Shown piece by piece: positions 20,176 to 29,362 of a DNA stretch of 64,000 nt. The notes beneath the pieces are model-generated. The model saw nothing but the letters and a program-made list of their open reading frames with translations. It was not told the origin of the DNA and ran no database searches. Source of the stretch: Candidatus Latescibacterota bacterium. Lineage in GTDB: Bacteria; Latescibacterota; UBA2968; UBA8231. Both the position numbers and the translations under genes were made by a program. The stretch spans positions 544,001 to 608,000 of the forward strand of contig CBDCXV010000009.1 in the NCBI GenBank assembly GCA_965223905.1, written 5' to 3'. Every line of letters begins with the position of its first letter. Position 1 is the first letter of the stretch.

Positions 20176-22419
20176 TCAGCCGCTGACGGCCATTATTGCG
20201 GTGGTTTCCTGCTGCGTCCTGACGAGGTTGTAGAAGAACCCTTTGCGCTCCATCAACTCGGTGTGGGTGCCCATCTCGACTACCTTGCCGTCGTCGAGCA
20301 CCACCAGCCGGTCTGCGCTGCGCAGCGTCGACAGGCGGTGGGCAATGGCAAAGGTGGTGCGGCCCTCGACCAGGCGGGCGATCGCCTCCTGGATCTTCCC
20401 CTCGGTCTGCGAGTCGAGGGATGAGGTGGCTTCGTCGAGAATGAGGATGCGCGGATCGTGCAGGATGGCGCGCGCAATGGCGATGCGCTGCTTTTCGCCC
20501 CCGGAGAGCTTGTCCCCCTGCTCTCCGACCACCATGTCGTAGCCGTCCGGCTTGGCGATGATGAACTCGTGGGCGTTGGCGGCGCGCGAGGCCCGCAGTA
20601 TCTCGGCGAACGTCGCCCCCGGCTTGCCGTAACCGATGTTCTCGGCGATGGGGCCGTTGAACAGGAACGACTGCTGCGCCACCAGGCCGATCTGGCCTCG
20701 CAGGTCCTCGAGTTTCATGTCGCGAATATCGACGCCGTCGATCATCAGTGAGCCGCGGGTTCCGTCGTAAAAGCGGCAGATCATGTTGATGAGGGTGCTC
20801 TTGCCGGCTCCCGACTTTCCGACCAGGCCGATCATCTCACCCGGCTCGACGTCGAAATCGATGTTTTTCAGCACCCGCTTGCCGGCGTCGTACCCGAACG
20901 ACAGGCCGTCGAACCGGACGCGCCCTTTCAGCGACGGCATCGGTAGCGCGTCGGGATCGCCGAACGGCTCGGTGCGGGCGTCGATGACCTCGAAAATGCG
21001 CTCGGCGCCGGCGTAGGCGCGCATCATGAAGCCGTAGAAATCGCCGAACCACTTCAGCGGCTGGTAGAGCATCCATAGGTAGGTGATGAAGGCGATCAAC
21101 TCGCCCAGCGCCATCGTGCCTCCGAGAATCTGGCGGCCTCCGAAGTACCAGACGAAGAACACCCCGAAGCTCATGAAGAAGTTGGTGATCATGAAGAACA
21201 CCACCCAGACCCGTTCCGCGGAAACCGTGACGGCGCGCAAGTCGTCGTTGCGGCGGTCGAAGCGCTGGCCTTCGCGGCGCTCCTGCGCAAAAGCCTTGAC
21301 CACCCTGATGCCGCGAATCGACTCGTTCAGGTGGGAGGACAGGCGGCCCCACTGTGCCGACCAGCGCTGCCAGTACGACTCCATCCGTTTCCAGATCAGG
21401 CTGCTGCCGATGACGATCGGCGGAACCGGGAGCAGCACCCACAGGGTCAGCTCCCAGTTCTTGTAGAACAGGAGCCCGAGGATCCCGATCACCATGAGGG
21501 CGTTGTTGAGGATATAGGGGAGGTCGAACAGCAGGTATTCCTCGACGAGGTCCGCATCGTTCGACATTCGCGAGATCAGGGTGCCGACCTTGCGCTTGTC
21601 GTAAAACTTCAGCGGCAGGTATTGCAAAGCCCGGTAGAGATCGGCGCGCAGCTCCTCGATGGCGCGAAACCCGACCCAGGATCCGAGCCACCGGCGGGTC
21701 ACCCAGGTAACCCAGCCCATGATGTTGACGGCGAGCAGACCGGCTACCAGCCATCCCAGCAGACCCACGTTGGCTCTGGGGGTCAGGACGTCGTCGATGA
21801 TGCGCTCGGTGATCAGGGGAGGCAGGACGTCGAAAACCGCCTCGGCGACTAGTACGAGGAACAACAGGACCAGCCTGGTCTTGTAGACCATCATGTAGCG
21901 GATCAGCCGCCGCAGGGTCGCCAGCTTCTTCACGCACGCCGGACAGACGCCGTCCTTTTCCGGAAGCACGCGGCCGCAGCGCACGCAGCGGGTGCGTTCG
22001 ACCGTCGCCGGCAGGGTGACGGTCCTGCCTTCGACCAGCTGCTGAATCCCCTCGGCCACCTCGCCGAACCGGGTCGCCAGGGAGTTGGAGTAGTAGAGGC
22101 ATTCCGGCTCCCCCTCCTTGCGCTCCACCTCCAGGCGCCCGCCCCCCACCAGGGCTTCGGCGCGGGCGGTTCGAACCGCTTCCATCGGTATCTGCACGGC
22201 CCCGTCCCTGCCGTCCGCACCCAGGAAGACGACGCGCCTGTCGGTTACCACCAGCCAGCTTTCCTCGTACTGGTCGCGGCCCGACATGTCGGTTGCGACC
22301 TGGATGAGGACATGCTCCTCCGGGGAGGTGAATCTCCGCAGGTTGCGGTCGATCTCCTCTGGAAGGGTCTCGACGAATGGGTTGGCCGTCTTTGTCGTAG
22401 CGGTGGTCACGGCAGTCAA
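20176..22419 (-). CDS. ABC exporter (TMD+NBD) with N-terminal extension and Zn-ribbon
   Basis: CVRC..CPAC, six TM segments, GKSGAGKS, LSGGEKQR, LDEATS, IAHRLST. Confidence 0.92.
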   Translation of the reverse strand: MTAVTTATTKTANPFVETLPEEIDRNLRRFTSPEEHVLIQVATDMSGRDQYEESWLVVTDRRVVFLGADGRDGAVQIPMEAVRTARAEALVGGGRLEVERKEGEPECLYYSNSLATRFGEVAEGIQQLVEGRTVTLPATVERTRCVRCGRVLPEKDGVCPACVKKLATLRRLIRYMMVYKTRLVLLFLVLVAEAVFDVLPPLITERIIDDVLTPRANVGLLGWLVAGLLAVNIMGWVTWVTRRWLGSWVGFRAIEELRADLYRALQYLPLKFYDKRKVGTLISRMSNDADLVEEYLLFDLPYILNNALMVIGILGLLFYKNWELTLWVLLPVPPIVIGSSLIWKRMESYWQRWSAQWGRLSSHLNESIRGIRVVKAFAQERREGQRFDRRNDDLRAVTVSAERVWVVFFMITNFFMSFGVFFVWYFGGRQILGGTMALGELIAFITYLWMLYQPLKWFGDFYGFMMRAYAGAERIFEVIDARTEPFGDPDALPMPSLKGRVRFDGLSFGYDAGKRVLKNIDFDVEPGEMIGLVGKSGAGKSTLINMICRFYDGTRGSLMIDGVDIRDMKLEDLRGQIGLVAQQSFLFNGPIAENIGYGKPGATFAEILRASRAANAHEFIIAKPDGYDMVVGEQGDKLSGGEKQRIAIARAILHDPRILILDEATSSLDSQTEGKIQEAIARLVEGRTTFAIAHRLSTLRSADRLVVLDDGKVVEMGTHTELMERKGFFYNLVRTQQETTAIMAVSG

Positions 22420-24671
22420 ACGGGAAGGGCGATGATTTTCGAGGTCTCTTTCTGAAGTTCCACGAGGTCGCGGAAGGCACCTTTTTCCGCCATCAGTTCC
22501 CCGTGCGAGCCGATCTGGACGATGCGGCCGTCGTCGAGGACGATGAGGCGGTCGGCATTGCGCAACGTCGACAGTCTATGGGCGATGGCGAAGGTCGTTC
22601 TCCCCTCGACCATGCGCCCGAGCGCGTCCTGAATCTGCTTCTCCGTGTCGACGTCGACGGAGGAGGTCGCCTCGTCTAGGATGAGTATGCGCGGGTTGTG
22701 CAACATCGCCCGCGCTATGGCTACGCGCTGCTTTTCACCGCCCGAGAGGTTGTTGCCCTGCTCCCCGACCTGGGTTTCGTACCCGTCCGGTTTGGCCATG
22801 ATGAAGTTGTGGGCGTTGGCGAGCCGCGCGGCGTGCATGATCTCCTCGAAATTCGCGTCGGGGTTGCCGTAGCCGATGTTCTCCCCGATGGTGCCGCTGA
22901 ACAGCACAGGCTCCTGCAGAACGATGCCGATCTGCCGGCGCAGGTCGCGCAGGTTGATTTTGCGAATGTCGACACCGTCGACCTCGATGGCGCCGTGGTC
23001 GACGTCGTAGAAACGGGCGATGAGGTTGATCGTCGTAGTCTTGCCGACTCCCGACTTGCCCACCAGTCCGATCATCTCGCCCGGCTCGATGTCGGCGCTG
23101 ACTCCGTGGAGCACAGGCTTGCTCTTGTCGTAGCCGAAGGTCACCTCCTTGAAGGTCACGCGGCCCTCGATCTTCCTCATGCGCACCGCTTTCGGATCGT
23201 GGTACGACTCCGGTTCGGTGTCGATGACCTCGAATACCCGTTCCGCCCCGGCAAAGGCGCTCGTCATCCAGGAGTTGACCTGCCCGAACCATTCGAGCGG
23301 GCCGTAGACCATCCACATGAACGAGTAGAAGGCCAACAGGGTACCGAGCGTCATTTCGTTCGACAGCACCTGTTTGCCGCCGAAGAGCCATACGATCAGC
23401 ACCCCGAATCCGGTCAGGAAGGTGATCGTCGCGTGGAACACCGTGCGGTTGACGGCGGTCTTGATGCCGATTTCCGTCGCCCTGCGGTTGACCTTGTGGA
23501 AGCTCCTGCGCTCCCGCTCCTCCTGGGCGAACGCCTTGACGACGCGAATTCCGGCGAGGGTTTCCGCGGTGCGATCGGTGAGGGACGACCAGACCGCGCT
23601 GTACTGGGTGAAGAGCCGGCGCATGCGCTGCCAGAACGCCGCGCCCCACAGCAGCAACGGCGGCACCGGCAGAAGGGTATAGAGCGTAAGCTCCCAGCTC
23701 ATCCACAGAAGAAAACCGAGAATGCCGAGCATCATCATCGCATTGGTGACGAGGTACGGCAGTCCGTCCACGAGGAATTCCTGCAGCCGGCCCGAGTCGC
23801 GCGTCACCCGCGCCATCAGCGCACCGACACGGCGCTTGTCGTAGAACTGCAGCGACAGCATCTCGAGCCTGCGGTAGAGTTGGCTGCGGATGTCCGCTGT
23901 TGCCTGGGCGCCAAGCCAGGCTACGATCCAGCCGTGAACCCATTCGGCGGCCCAGCTGCCAATGCGGATTCCGACAAGGGCGAGCACGAGAATGCCGAGA
24001 AGGGCAAGGCGCTCGTCGACCGGGGCCGGATCGCCGTCGACAGGAACCAGCACCTCGTCGACGATGCGCTTGGCGATCAGGGGCGGGGCGAGCTCCGCCC
24101 CGGTCGTCACTACCGAAGCCAGGGTCAGGGCCGCGGCCCGGACCTTGTAGGGAGCCATGTAGGCGGCGATGCGCTTGGTCGTCGACCACTTTTTCACACA
24201 GGCCGGACAGAGGCCGTTCTTCTCGGGCAACAGGAGCCCGCACCGGGGGCAGCGGGTGCGCTCCAGCTCGGGGTTGATCAGGAACGGCTCCCCCTTGCGC
24301 AGCTGCTCGAGGCCCCGGGCCACCTCGGAAAACTTGGCCGCTTCGGTGCCGGTGTAGGGAACGACCACGGTGGGCTCGCCGAAGCGCTCGATTTCCAACC
24401 TCCCTCCCCCCACGAGCGGTTCGGTCTGCGCGGCGCGCATCCTCTCGACAGGTACGTCGATCGCGCTGCCCTCCGCGGGAAGGATGACGGCGCGGTGGTC
24501 GGTGATCACCACCCAGGTGTCGGCGTAGCCGCCGTCGGCGCCGATGTCGGCTCGCACTTGCACAAGGATCTGTTCGCCCGCGGGCAGGCAGGCGTCCAGC
24601 CTGGCAGCTGTGGACCGGTCTGCCTGCTCAATCAGAAGAGGGGTGTCGCTGTCGTTCAAGGTCGAAACCAT
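22416..24671 (-). CDS. ABC exporter (TMD+NBD) with N-terminal extension and Zn-ribbon, paralogue of the next gene
   Basis: CPRC..CPAC, GKSGVGKT, LSGGEKQR, LDEATS. Stop overlaps the next start (GTGA). Confidence 0.92.
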   Translation of the reverse strand: MVSTLNDSDTPLLIEQADRSTAARLDACLPAGEQILVQVRADIGADGGYADTWVVITDHRAVILPAEGSAIDVPVERMRAAQTEPLVGGGRLEIERFGEPTVVVPYTGTEAAKFSEVARGLEQLRKGEPFLINPELERTRCPRCGLLLPEKNGLCPACVKKWSTTKRIAAYMAPYKVRAAALTLASVVTTGAELAPPLIAKRIVDEVLVPVDGDPAPVDERLALLGILVLALVGIRIGSWAAEWVHGWIVAWLGAQATADIRSQLYRRLEMLSLQFYDKRRVGALMARVTRDSGRLQEFLVDGLPYLVTNAMMMLGILGFLLWMSWELTLYTLLPVPPLLLWGAAFWQRMRRLFTQYSAVWSSLTDRTAETLAGIRVVKAFAQEERERRSFHKVNRRATEIGIKTAVNRTVFHATITFLTGFGVLIVWLFGGKQVLSNEMTLGTLLAFYSFMWMVYGPLEWFGQVNSWMTSAFAGAERVFEVIDTEPESYHDPKAVRMRKIEGRVTFKEVTFGYDKSKPVLHGVSADIEPGEMIGLVGKSGVGKTTTINLIARFYDVDHGAIEVDGVDIRKINLRDLRRQIGIVLQEPVLFSGTIGENIGYGNPDANFEEIMHAARLANAHNFIMAKPDGYETQVGEQGNNLSGGEKQRVAIARAMLHNPRILILDEATSSVDVDTEKQIQDALGRMVEGRTTFAIAHRLSTLRNADRLIVLDDGRIVQIGSHGELMAEKGAFRDLVELQKETSKIIALPV

Positions 24672-24928
24672 CCGCGGAGAGATCGTTGCACCCTATTTAA
24701 TGTATAGGTTTCAGAGTGTCGTTGACGGTCCCGTGCGCCTTTGCGGAACAGCTGTCTGACATTGGCGCGCAGGTCGCCCCGGAAGCCGAGGTGACGGTCT
24801 GATTGGGGTGATCCGGTCAGGGACTGCCTCCGCCAGCGGGGCTGGCACGAGGCCGGCGATCCCCGATGGAGTAGGGGTCTGCTCTGCCACCGGGCAACAA
24901 GGTCTGACCGTAAATGGTCACCGGTAGT

Positions 24929-25111
24929 CTACTTGCCGGGACAGCTGGATTTTCTTCGCCGGCGCTGGCGGGCGAATGGGGTCTCGATGCCGTACTGGCG
25001 GCATAGACGACCGAAAGTACCGCCCGCGATACCGAGCGCTCTGCAGGCATCCTGGTTGCTCGCGTAAACACGGGCGGCTCTTTCGATCCACTCTCTGGGT
25101 ATTTTCTGCAT
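24929..25111 (-). CDS. Small (60 aa) stand-alone Fis-type HTH protein
   Basis: GGAG RBS. IERAARVYASNQDACRALGIAGGTFGRLCRQYGI fits the HTH_8 pattern (NQ..AxxLGI..TxxRxxxxYGI). Basic tail RQRRRRK. Confidence 0.7.
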   Translation of the reverse strand: MQKIPREWIERAARVYASNQDACRALGIAGGTFGRLCRQYGIETPFARQRRRRKSSCPGK

Positions 25112-25166
25112 CTCTTCTTCTCCAAAAATGCTGTTTTGTTGCAGTGCGACTGCTGCGTTGGTGCGT

Positions 25167-25183
25167 TGCAGATTTCGTGCCTG
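25167..25183 (-). promoter_or_regulatory. sigma54 (-24/-12) promoter
   Basis: CAGGCACGAAATCTGCA matches YTGGCACGRNNNTTGCW at 15 of 17 positions with exact GG/GC spacing, about 55 nt upstream of the HTH gene. Confidence 0.65.
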
Positions 25184-25185
25184 GC

Positions 25186-25236
25186 AAAAAAAACGGCTGC
25201 GATCTCTGAACCGATCCTTCCAGAGACCTGCAGCCG
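25186..25236 (-). terminator. Second intrinsic terminator-like hairpin
   Basis: CGGCTGC-a-GGTCTCTG/CAGAGATC-GCAGCCG stem followed by T8 on the minus strand. Confidence 0.6.
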
Positions 25237-25238
25237 GC

Positions 25239-25271
25239 AAAAAAAAACCGTAGGGATGTGATCCCTACGGT
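25239..25271 (-). terminator. Intrinsic terminator
   Basis: Perfect 11-bp stem ACCGTAGGGAT/ATCCCTACGGT with a 3-nt loop and T9. Confidence 0.85.
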
Positions 25272-25299
25272 ATGAGAAGCGCTTCGTGTGTCTGCTTTC

Positions 25300-25773
25300 T
25301 CAACCTCCGGGATCCTCACCAGCTGCAGGGCTGGTTTCGAACTTGGAGACCATGGCGTTGTCGATCAGATGAACCCGATCAGTTCGCGGTATCACCGTAA
25401 CGGTTTGGCATTTTACAGGTCCGCCAAAGCCGGCCTTGGGATTTCGCTCCACTCTGGAGTGATCCGCGCTGACTTCCCGGCGCCCGGTCGGGAACCCCTT
25501 GCCCATCCAGTCGACTTTCATCACCGATCGACATCCGGGGAATCCGAACGCGTCCTGCACGGCAAGGCCGGGTGCCGCGGCCATCATCGGCGCCCGGGAT
25601 TTGGCGCACGCGAACCCGGACGTTTCCACCATCTCACATGTGGGCAACAGGAAAGCGCCCGCTCCGGACCGGTTACCCGGACCGAGCCGAGCCGCCGGGG
25701 CGAATTCGCCCTTCTTCTTCCTGCCGATGTGTGGAATCATCTCTTCATCCGGTTTCAGGTTGTCTGTTTCCAT
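25300..25773 (-). CDS. Orphan hypothetical protein (157 aa), or structured ncRNA
   Basis: The ORF fills the space between a promoter and a terminator, and third codon positions look GC-biased. No recognisable domain. Confidence 0.5.
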   Translation of the reverse strand: METDNLKPDEEMIPHIGRKKKGEFAPAARLGPGNRSGAGAFLLPTCEMVETSGFACAKSRAPMMAAAPGLAVQDAFGFPGCRSVMKVDWMGKGFPTGRREVSADHSRVERNPKAGFGGPVKCQTVTVIPRTDRVHLIDNAMVSKFETSPAAGEDPGG

Positions 25774-25844
25774 AGTGGCATTCTCAATGCTCCCTACCGT
25801 GCGCTCAAGGCGGTTAGTAACTCATTCCTCCCTGATCAATGTAA

Positions 25845-25874
25845 AACTTACCCGGTGGTTTTTTACAATGTCAA
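25845..25874 (-). promoter_or_regulatory. sigma70-type promoter overlapped by an inverted repeat
   Basis: TTGACA-18 nt-TAAGTT. TGTAAAA-N14-TTTTACA at 25840-25867. Confidence 0.65.
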
Positions 25875-25985
25875 GTAGAAAAAGCGGATCCATGTTGAGA
25901 AGCGAGTGCGTTTTCAGTTCGGCTGTCGTCCTCTATATTCCGCTTTACCATGACGCTTTCGCCACCTCTCGAGGACCAGTCTGGA

Positions 25986-26804
25986 ATGTCGCAAGCCGAG
26001 TTGGAAAAGCAGCGCGGCGACGGGGCGCAGGACAGCCTCTCTCTTCACAACGAGAAGCTGGAGGATCTGCTGCGCGAAAACGACTTCGAATCGATGTCCG
26101 CCGAGTCGATCCTCACCTGGGTGAGCTCGGCGTTCTCACCCGGCCGCGCCGTACTGAGCACCAGCTTTCAGTACACGGGAGTGGCGATGATCCACATGCT
26201 GCGGCAGCTCGACCTGGAGATCCGTATCGCCACCGTCGACACCTTGCGGTTGCACCCTGAGACCTACGCCTACATCCGCGAGCTGGAGCAGCACTACGGC
26301 ATCGAGATCGAGGTGCAGCGGCCCGATCCGGAGCAGGTTCGCAGCATGGTGGATCGGTTCGGCGAGTACCTGTTCTTCGATTCGAAAGCGCGGCAGGAAT
26401 ACTGCTGTCAGGTGCGCAAGCTCAGGCCCCATGACGAGCTCCTGAAGACGGTCGATTGCTGGATATCCGGAGTGCGCCGCGACCAGTCAGCGGTTCGCGA
26501 AAGGAACACGCCGAAGGCGACGACGGTTGCCGAGTACGGCTCGCGGAGGCAGATCTTCAAGCTCAACCCGATGAGCGACTGGACCGAAGAACGCGTGCGC
26601 GAATACGTGGCGGAAAACCGGGTCCCCGTCCACCCGCTCTACGCGAAGGGGTACCGCAGCATCGGATGCATCATCTGCTCGACCCCGACGTTGCCGGGAG
26701 AGGATCAGCGCGCCGGGCGCTGGCGCTGGTTCAACGGCAACGAGACCATCGGCGAAGAGGAGTTGAAAGAATGCGGTCTGCACGTGCCGATGTACAACAT
26801 TTGA
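25986..26804 (+). CDS. cysH: Adenylylsulfate/phosphoadenylylsulfate reductase (4Fe-4S APS-reductase type)
   Basis: TVDTLRL, CCQVRK, WISGVRRDQS, YRSIGCIICS, RAGRW, ECGLH. Confidence 0.92.
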   Translation: MSQAELEKQRGDGAQDSLSLHNEKLEDLLRENDFESMSAESILTWVSSAFSPGRAVLSTSFQYTGVAMIHMLRQLDLEIRIATVDTLRLHPETYAYIRELEQHYGIEIEVQRPDPEQVRSMVDRFGEYLFFDSKARQEYCCQVRKLRPHDELLKTVDCWISGVRRDQSAVRERNTPKATTVAEYGSRRQIFKLNPMSDWTEERVREYVAENRVPVHPLYAKGYRSIGCIICSTPTLPGEDQRAGRWRWFNGNETIGEEELKECGLHVPMYNI

Positions 26805-26819
26805 CACCGGTCTCTCCCA

Positions 26820-28193
26820 TCATTCCGGGATGGCCGCAACCGCTTCCTTGAACTTCGCTCCCCGCTCAGCGTAACTCGCGAACATTCCGAAGCTCGCACA
26901 GGCCGGAGACAGAAGCACGACATCCCCGGCCACGGCACGCTGTTGCGCCATGGCCACCGCCTCGACGAGTCCCGGGCAGCCGGGCTCGATGTGTCCCGTA
27001 TAACCGCAAGCGCGGACGGCATCGCCGAGCCGTCGTTCCTCCTCACTCGCCAACAGAATCAACGCTTTCAGGCCGCGGTCTGCGATCTTCCTGGCCAGGC
27101 CGGTAAAATCAGCTCCTTTGGAGGATCCCCCGGCGATCAGCAGCATCGGTTGGTCGAGGGAAGCGATCGCCGCCAGGGTCGCCTCCGGAGTCGTTGCCAG
27201 GGAATCATTGTAGTAGGCGACGCCGTTGCGCGTGGCGACGTGCTCCAGGCGGTGCTCCAGGCCGGAAAAGGATCGCAGGCGCGGTGTCAGCCGGCCGGCG
27301 GGGGCGCCGACGGCTACCCCGGCCGCCGCGGCTGCAAGCGCGTTGGCGACATTGTGCCGTCCCAGGAGTTTCAGATCGGAAGCGTCGCAAAGGAGCGTCG
27401 CTTCGGCGTCGAACGGGCGAGCCCAAAGCTGCCCATCATCGAGGAAAGCACCGGCTTCGACCGGGCGATTGATGCTGAACTCCATGGGACGGGCCGGTGA
27501 ATCCAGCGCGAAGCGGGAGGCTGTTTCGCAGTCGGCATCGACGATGAGGGTGTCGGCGGCCGACTGGTACCGGCAGATGGATTTCTTTGCTTCCACGTAC
27601 TCGTCGCGGCCGGTGTGGTAGTCGAGGTGGTCGGGGGTCACGTTCAGCACGACCGACACAGGCGGGCTGCGGTCGAGATCCTGAAGTTGGAAGCTGGAGA
27701 GCTCCAGAATCACGAGGTCCGCCACGGAGACATCGTCTAGAAAATCCATTGGTGGTGTGCCTATGTTGCCCCCGAGCCAGACCTGTCCGTACGGGCCGTC
27801 GCGAAGTATCTCGAAGAGCAGGGAGCAGGTGGTTCCTTTCCCCTTGGTGCCGGTGATGCCGACGATTGGCGCCGGACAGCGCTCGAAAAACAGGCGCGTC
27901 TGGCTGTGGAGCGACGTTCCCGCTTGCCGTGCCCGCACCAGGGCCGGGTTGAGAGCGCTGATCCCGGGGGTGCGGAAGAGGAGGTCGAATTCGTCGAGCT
28001 TTTTCAGGTAGTCGGGACCGAGGTGCCAGCTCCGGGTGATGTGATGCCATTCCGCAGCTTCGGGTAGCTCGTCACCGGTCCTGGCGTCACAGACGGAGAA
28101 CTCGATCCCGCGACCCGCCAGGTAGCGGCCGACGCTGCGATTCTCCATGCCCAGTCCGAGAAGCGCGATCCGCTTCCCTTCAAGCTCTTTCAT
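26820..28193 (-). CDS. murD: UDP-N-acetylmuramoyl-L-alanine--D-glutamate ligase
   Basis: GITGTKGKGTT, GGNIG, ELSSFQL, DHLDYH, HRLE, NDSLAT, LLSPACASF. Confidence 0.96.
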   Translation of the reverse strand: MKELEGKRIALLGLGMENRSVGRYLAGRGIEFSVCDARTGDELPEAAEWHHITRSWHLGPDYLKKLDEFDLLFRTPGISALNPALVRARQAGTSLHSQTRLFFERCPAPIVGITGTKGKGTTCSLLFEILRDGPYGQVWLGGNIGTPPMDFLDDVSVADLVILELSSFQLQDLDRSPPVSVVLNVTPDHLDYHTGRDEYVEAKKSICRYQSAADTLIVDADCETASRFALDSPARPMEFSINRPVEAGAFLDDGQLWARPFDAEATLLCDASDLKLLGRHNVANALAAAAAGVAVGAPAGRLTPRLRSFSGLEHRLEHVATRNGVAYYNDSLATTPEATLAAIASLDQPMLLIAGGSSKGADFTGLARKIADRGLKALILLASEEERRLGDAVRACGYTGHIEPGCPGLVEAVAMAQQRAVAGDVVLLSPACASFGMFASYAERGAKFKEAVAAIPE

Positions 28194-28301
28194 CTGTCAT
28201 CCCCGACAACGCACGCCGAAAGTGGAAGTGGCTCAAGGCCATCCGGGGGCAGCGTGGCTTTCATCTTGGCAGCTCTCGACCAAGAAGCCGTAAATCTTCT
28301 T

Positions 28302-28330
28302 TTGCCCGGGTTTGCGAAATCGGATATAAT
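28302..28330 (+). promoter_or_regulatory. sigma70-type promoter for the GT2 gene
   Basis: TTGCCC-17 nt-TATAAT. Confidence 0.55.
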
Positions 28331-28408
28331 CACGCGCATTCGATGCAGGACAGCCTTCCCCGTCTCGGATTCCCACGTCCCACCGCGAAATCCCCCACTG
28401 CCCGACGC

Positions 28409-29362
28409 ATGAAATTGATCGTGCAGATCCCCTGCCTCAACGAAGAGGCGACCCTGCCGGCGACTATCGCCGACATTCCCCGGGAGATCGACGGCATAGA
28501 CGAGGTGGAGATTCTCGTCATCGACGACGGCTCCACCGACCGAACAGCCGAGGTTGCACGCGAGTGCGGGGCGGATCACATCGTGCAGTTTCCGAAAAAC
28601 CGCGGGCTGGGGCACGCTTTCAAGTCCGGTTTCGACAGCTGTCTGAAACTGGGAGCCGACATCATCATCAATACCGACGGCGACAACCAGTACTACGGCG
28701 GGGATGTCTGCGAGCTCGTACGGCCGATACTCACTGGCGACGCTGAAGTAGTCATCGGTGACCGGCGCACTATAGGCATCGCCCACTTCGGCTTCACAAA
28801 GCGCTGGCTGCAGAGGTTCGGCAGCCATGTGATCAGCCGTCTGGCACGCCTTCGCGTTCCAGACGTTGCCAGCGGTTTTCGCGCCTACAGCCGCGCTGCC
28901 GCACTGCAGCTGACGACATTCACCGATTTCGACCACACTGCGGAACACGTGGTCGAGTGGGGGCAAACCCGCATGCCGGTGGTCAGCGTGCCGATCCGGA
29001 CCAACCCCAAGGCGCGCGAATCCCGGCTGTTCTCCAATGTAGGCGAGTTCGTCATGAAGTCGGCGATGATCAGCCTGCGCACGTACGCGCGCTACAAGGC
29101 CCTGAAAATCTTCGCTGCATTCGGATTCGGTACCTTTTTCATCGGATTTCTTCTCGGACTGCGGTTCCTCTACTTCCTGCTGTTCACGGACGAGGGAACC
29201 CTGCATGTGCAGTCGCTGATTCTCTCCGCGGTGCTGCTGCTGGCCGGCTTTCAGATGTTTCTGACGGGTGTCGTCGCCGATCTCATCGCGACCAACAGGG
29301 CCATGCTCGAGGATGCGTTGACCCGAATCAAACGGCTGGAGTTGAAGAAGAAGCGGGAGTAA
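28409..29362 (+). CDS. Glycosyltransferase family 2 (DPM-synthase-like, two C-terminal TM helices)
   Basis: IPCLNEE, IDDGSTD, NRGLG, TDGDNQY, SGFRAYSR. Confidence 0.92.
   Translation: MKLIVQIPCLNEEATLPATIADIPREIDGIDEVEILVIDDGSTDRTAEVARECGADHIVQFPKNRGLGHAFKSGFDSCLKLGADIIINTDGDNQYYGGDVCELVRPILTGDAEVVIGDRRTIGIAHFGFTKRWLQRFGSHVISRLARLRVPDVASGFRAYSRAAALQLTTFTDFDHTAEHVVEWGQTRMPVVSVPIRTNPKARESRLFSNVGEFVMKSAMISLRTYARYKALKIFAAFGFGTFFIGFLLGLRFLYFLLFTDEGTLHVQSLILSAVLLLAGFQMFLTGVVADLIATNRAMLEDALTRIKRLELKKKRE

Noticed and set aside
25112-25874. Riboswitch/attenuator controlling the small HTH gene
   Set aside because: No known aptamer motif was recognised, and the HTH gene has its own sigma54-like promoter downstream of the terminators.
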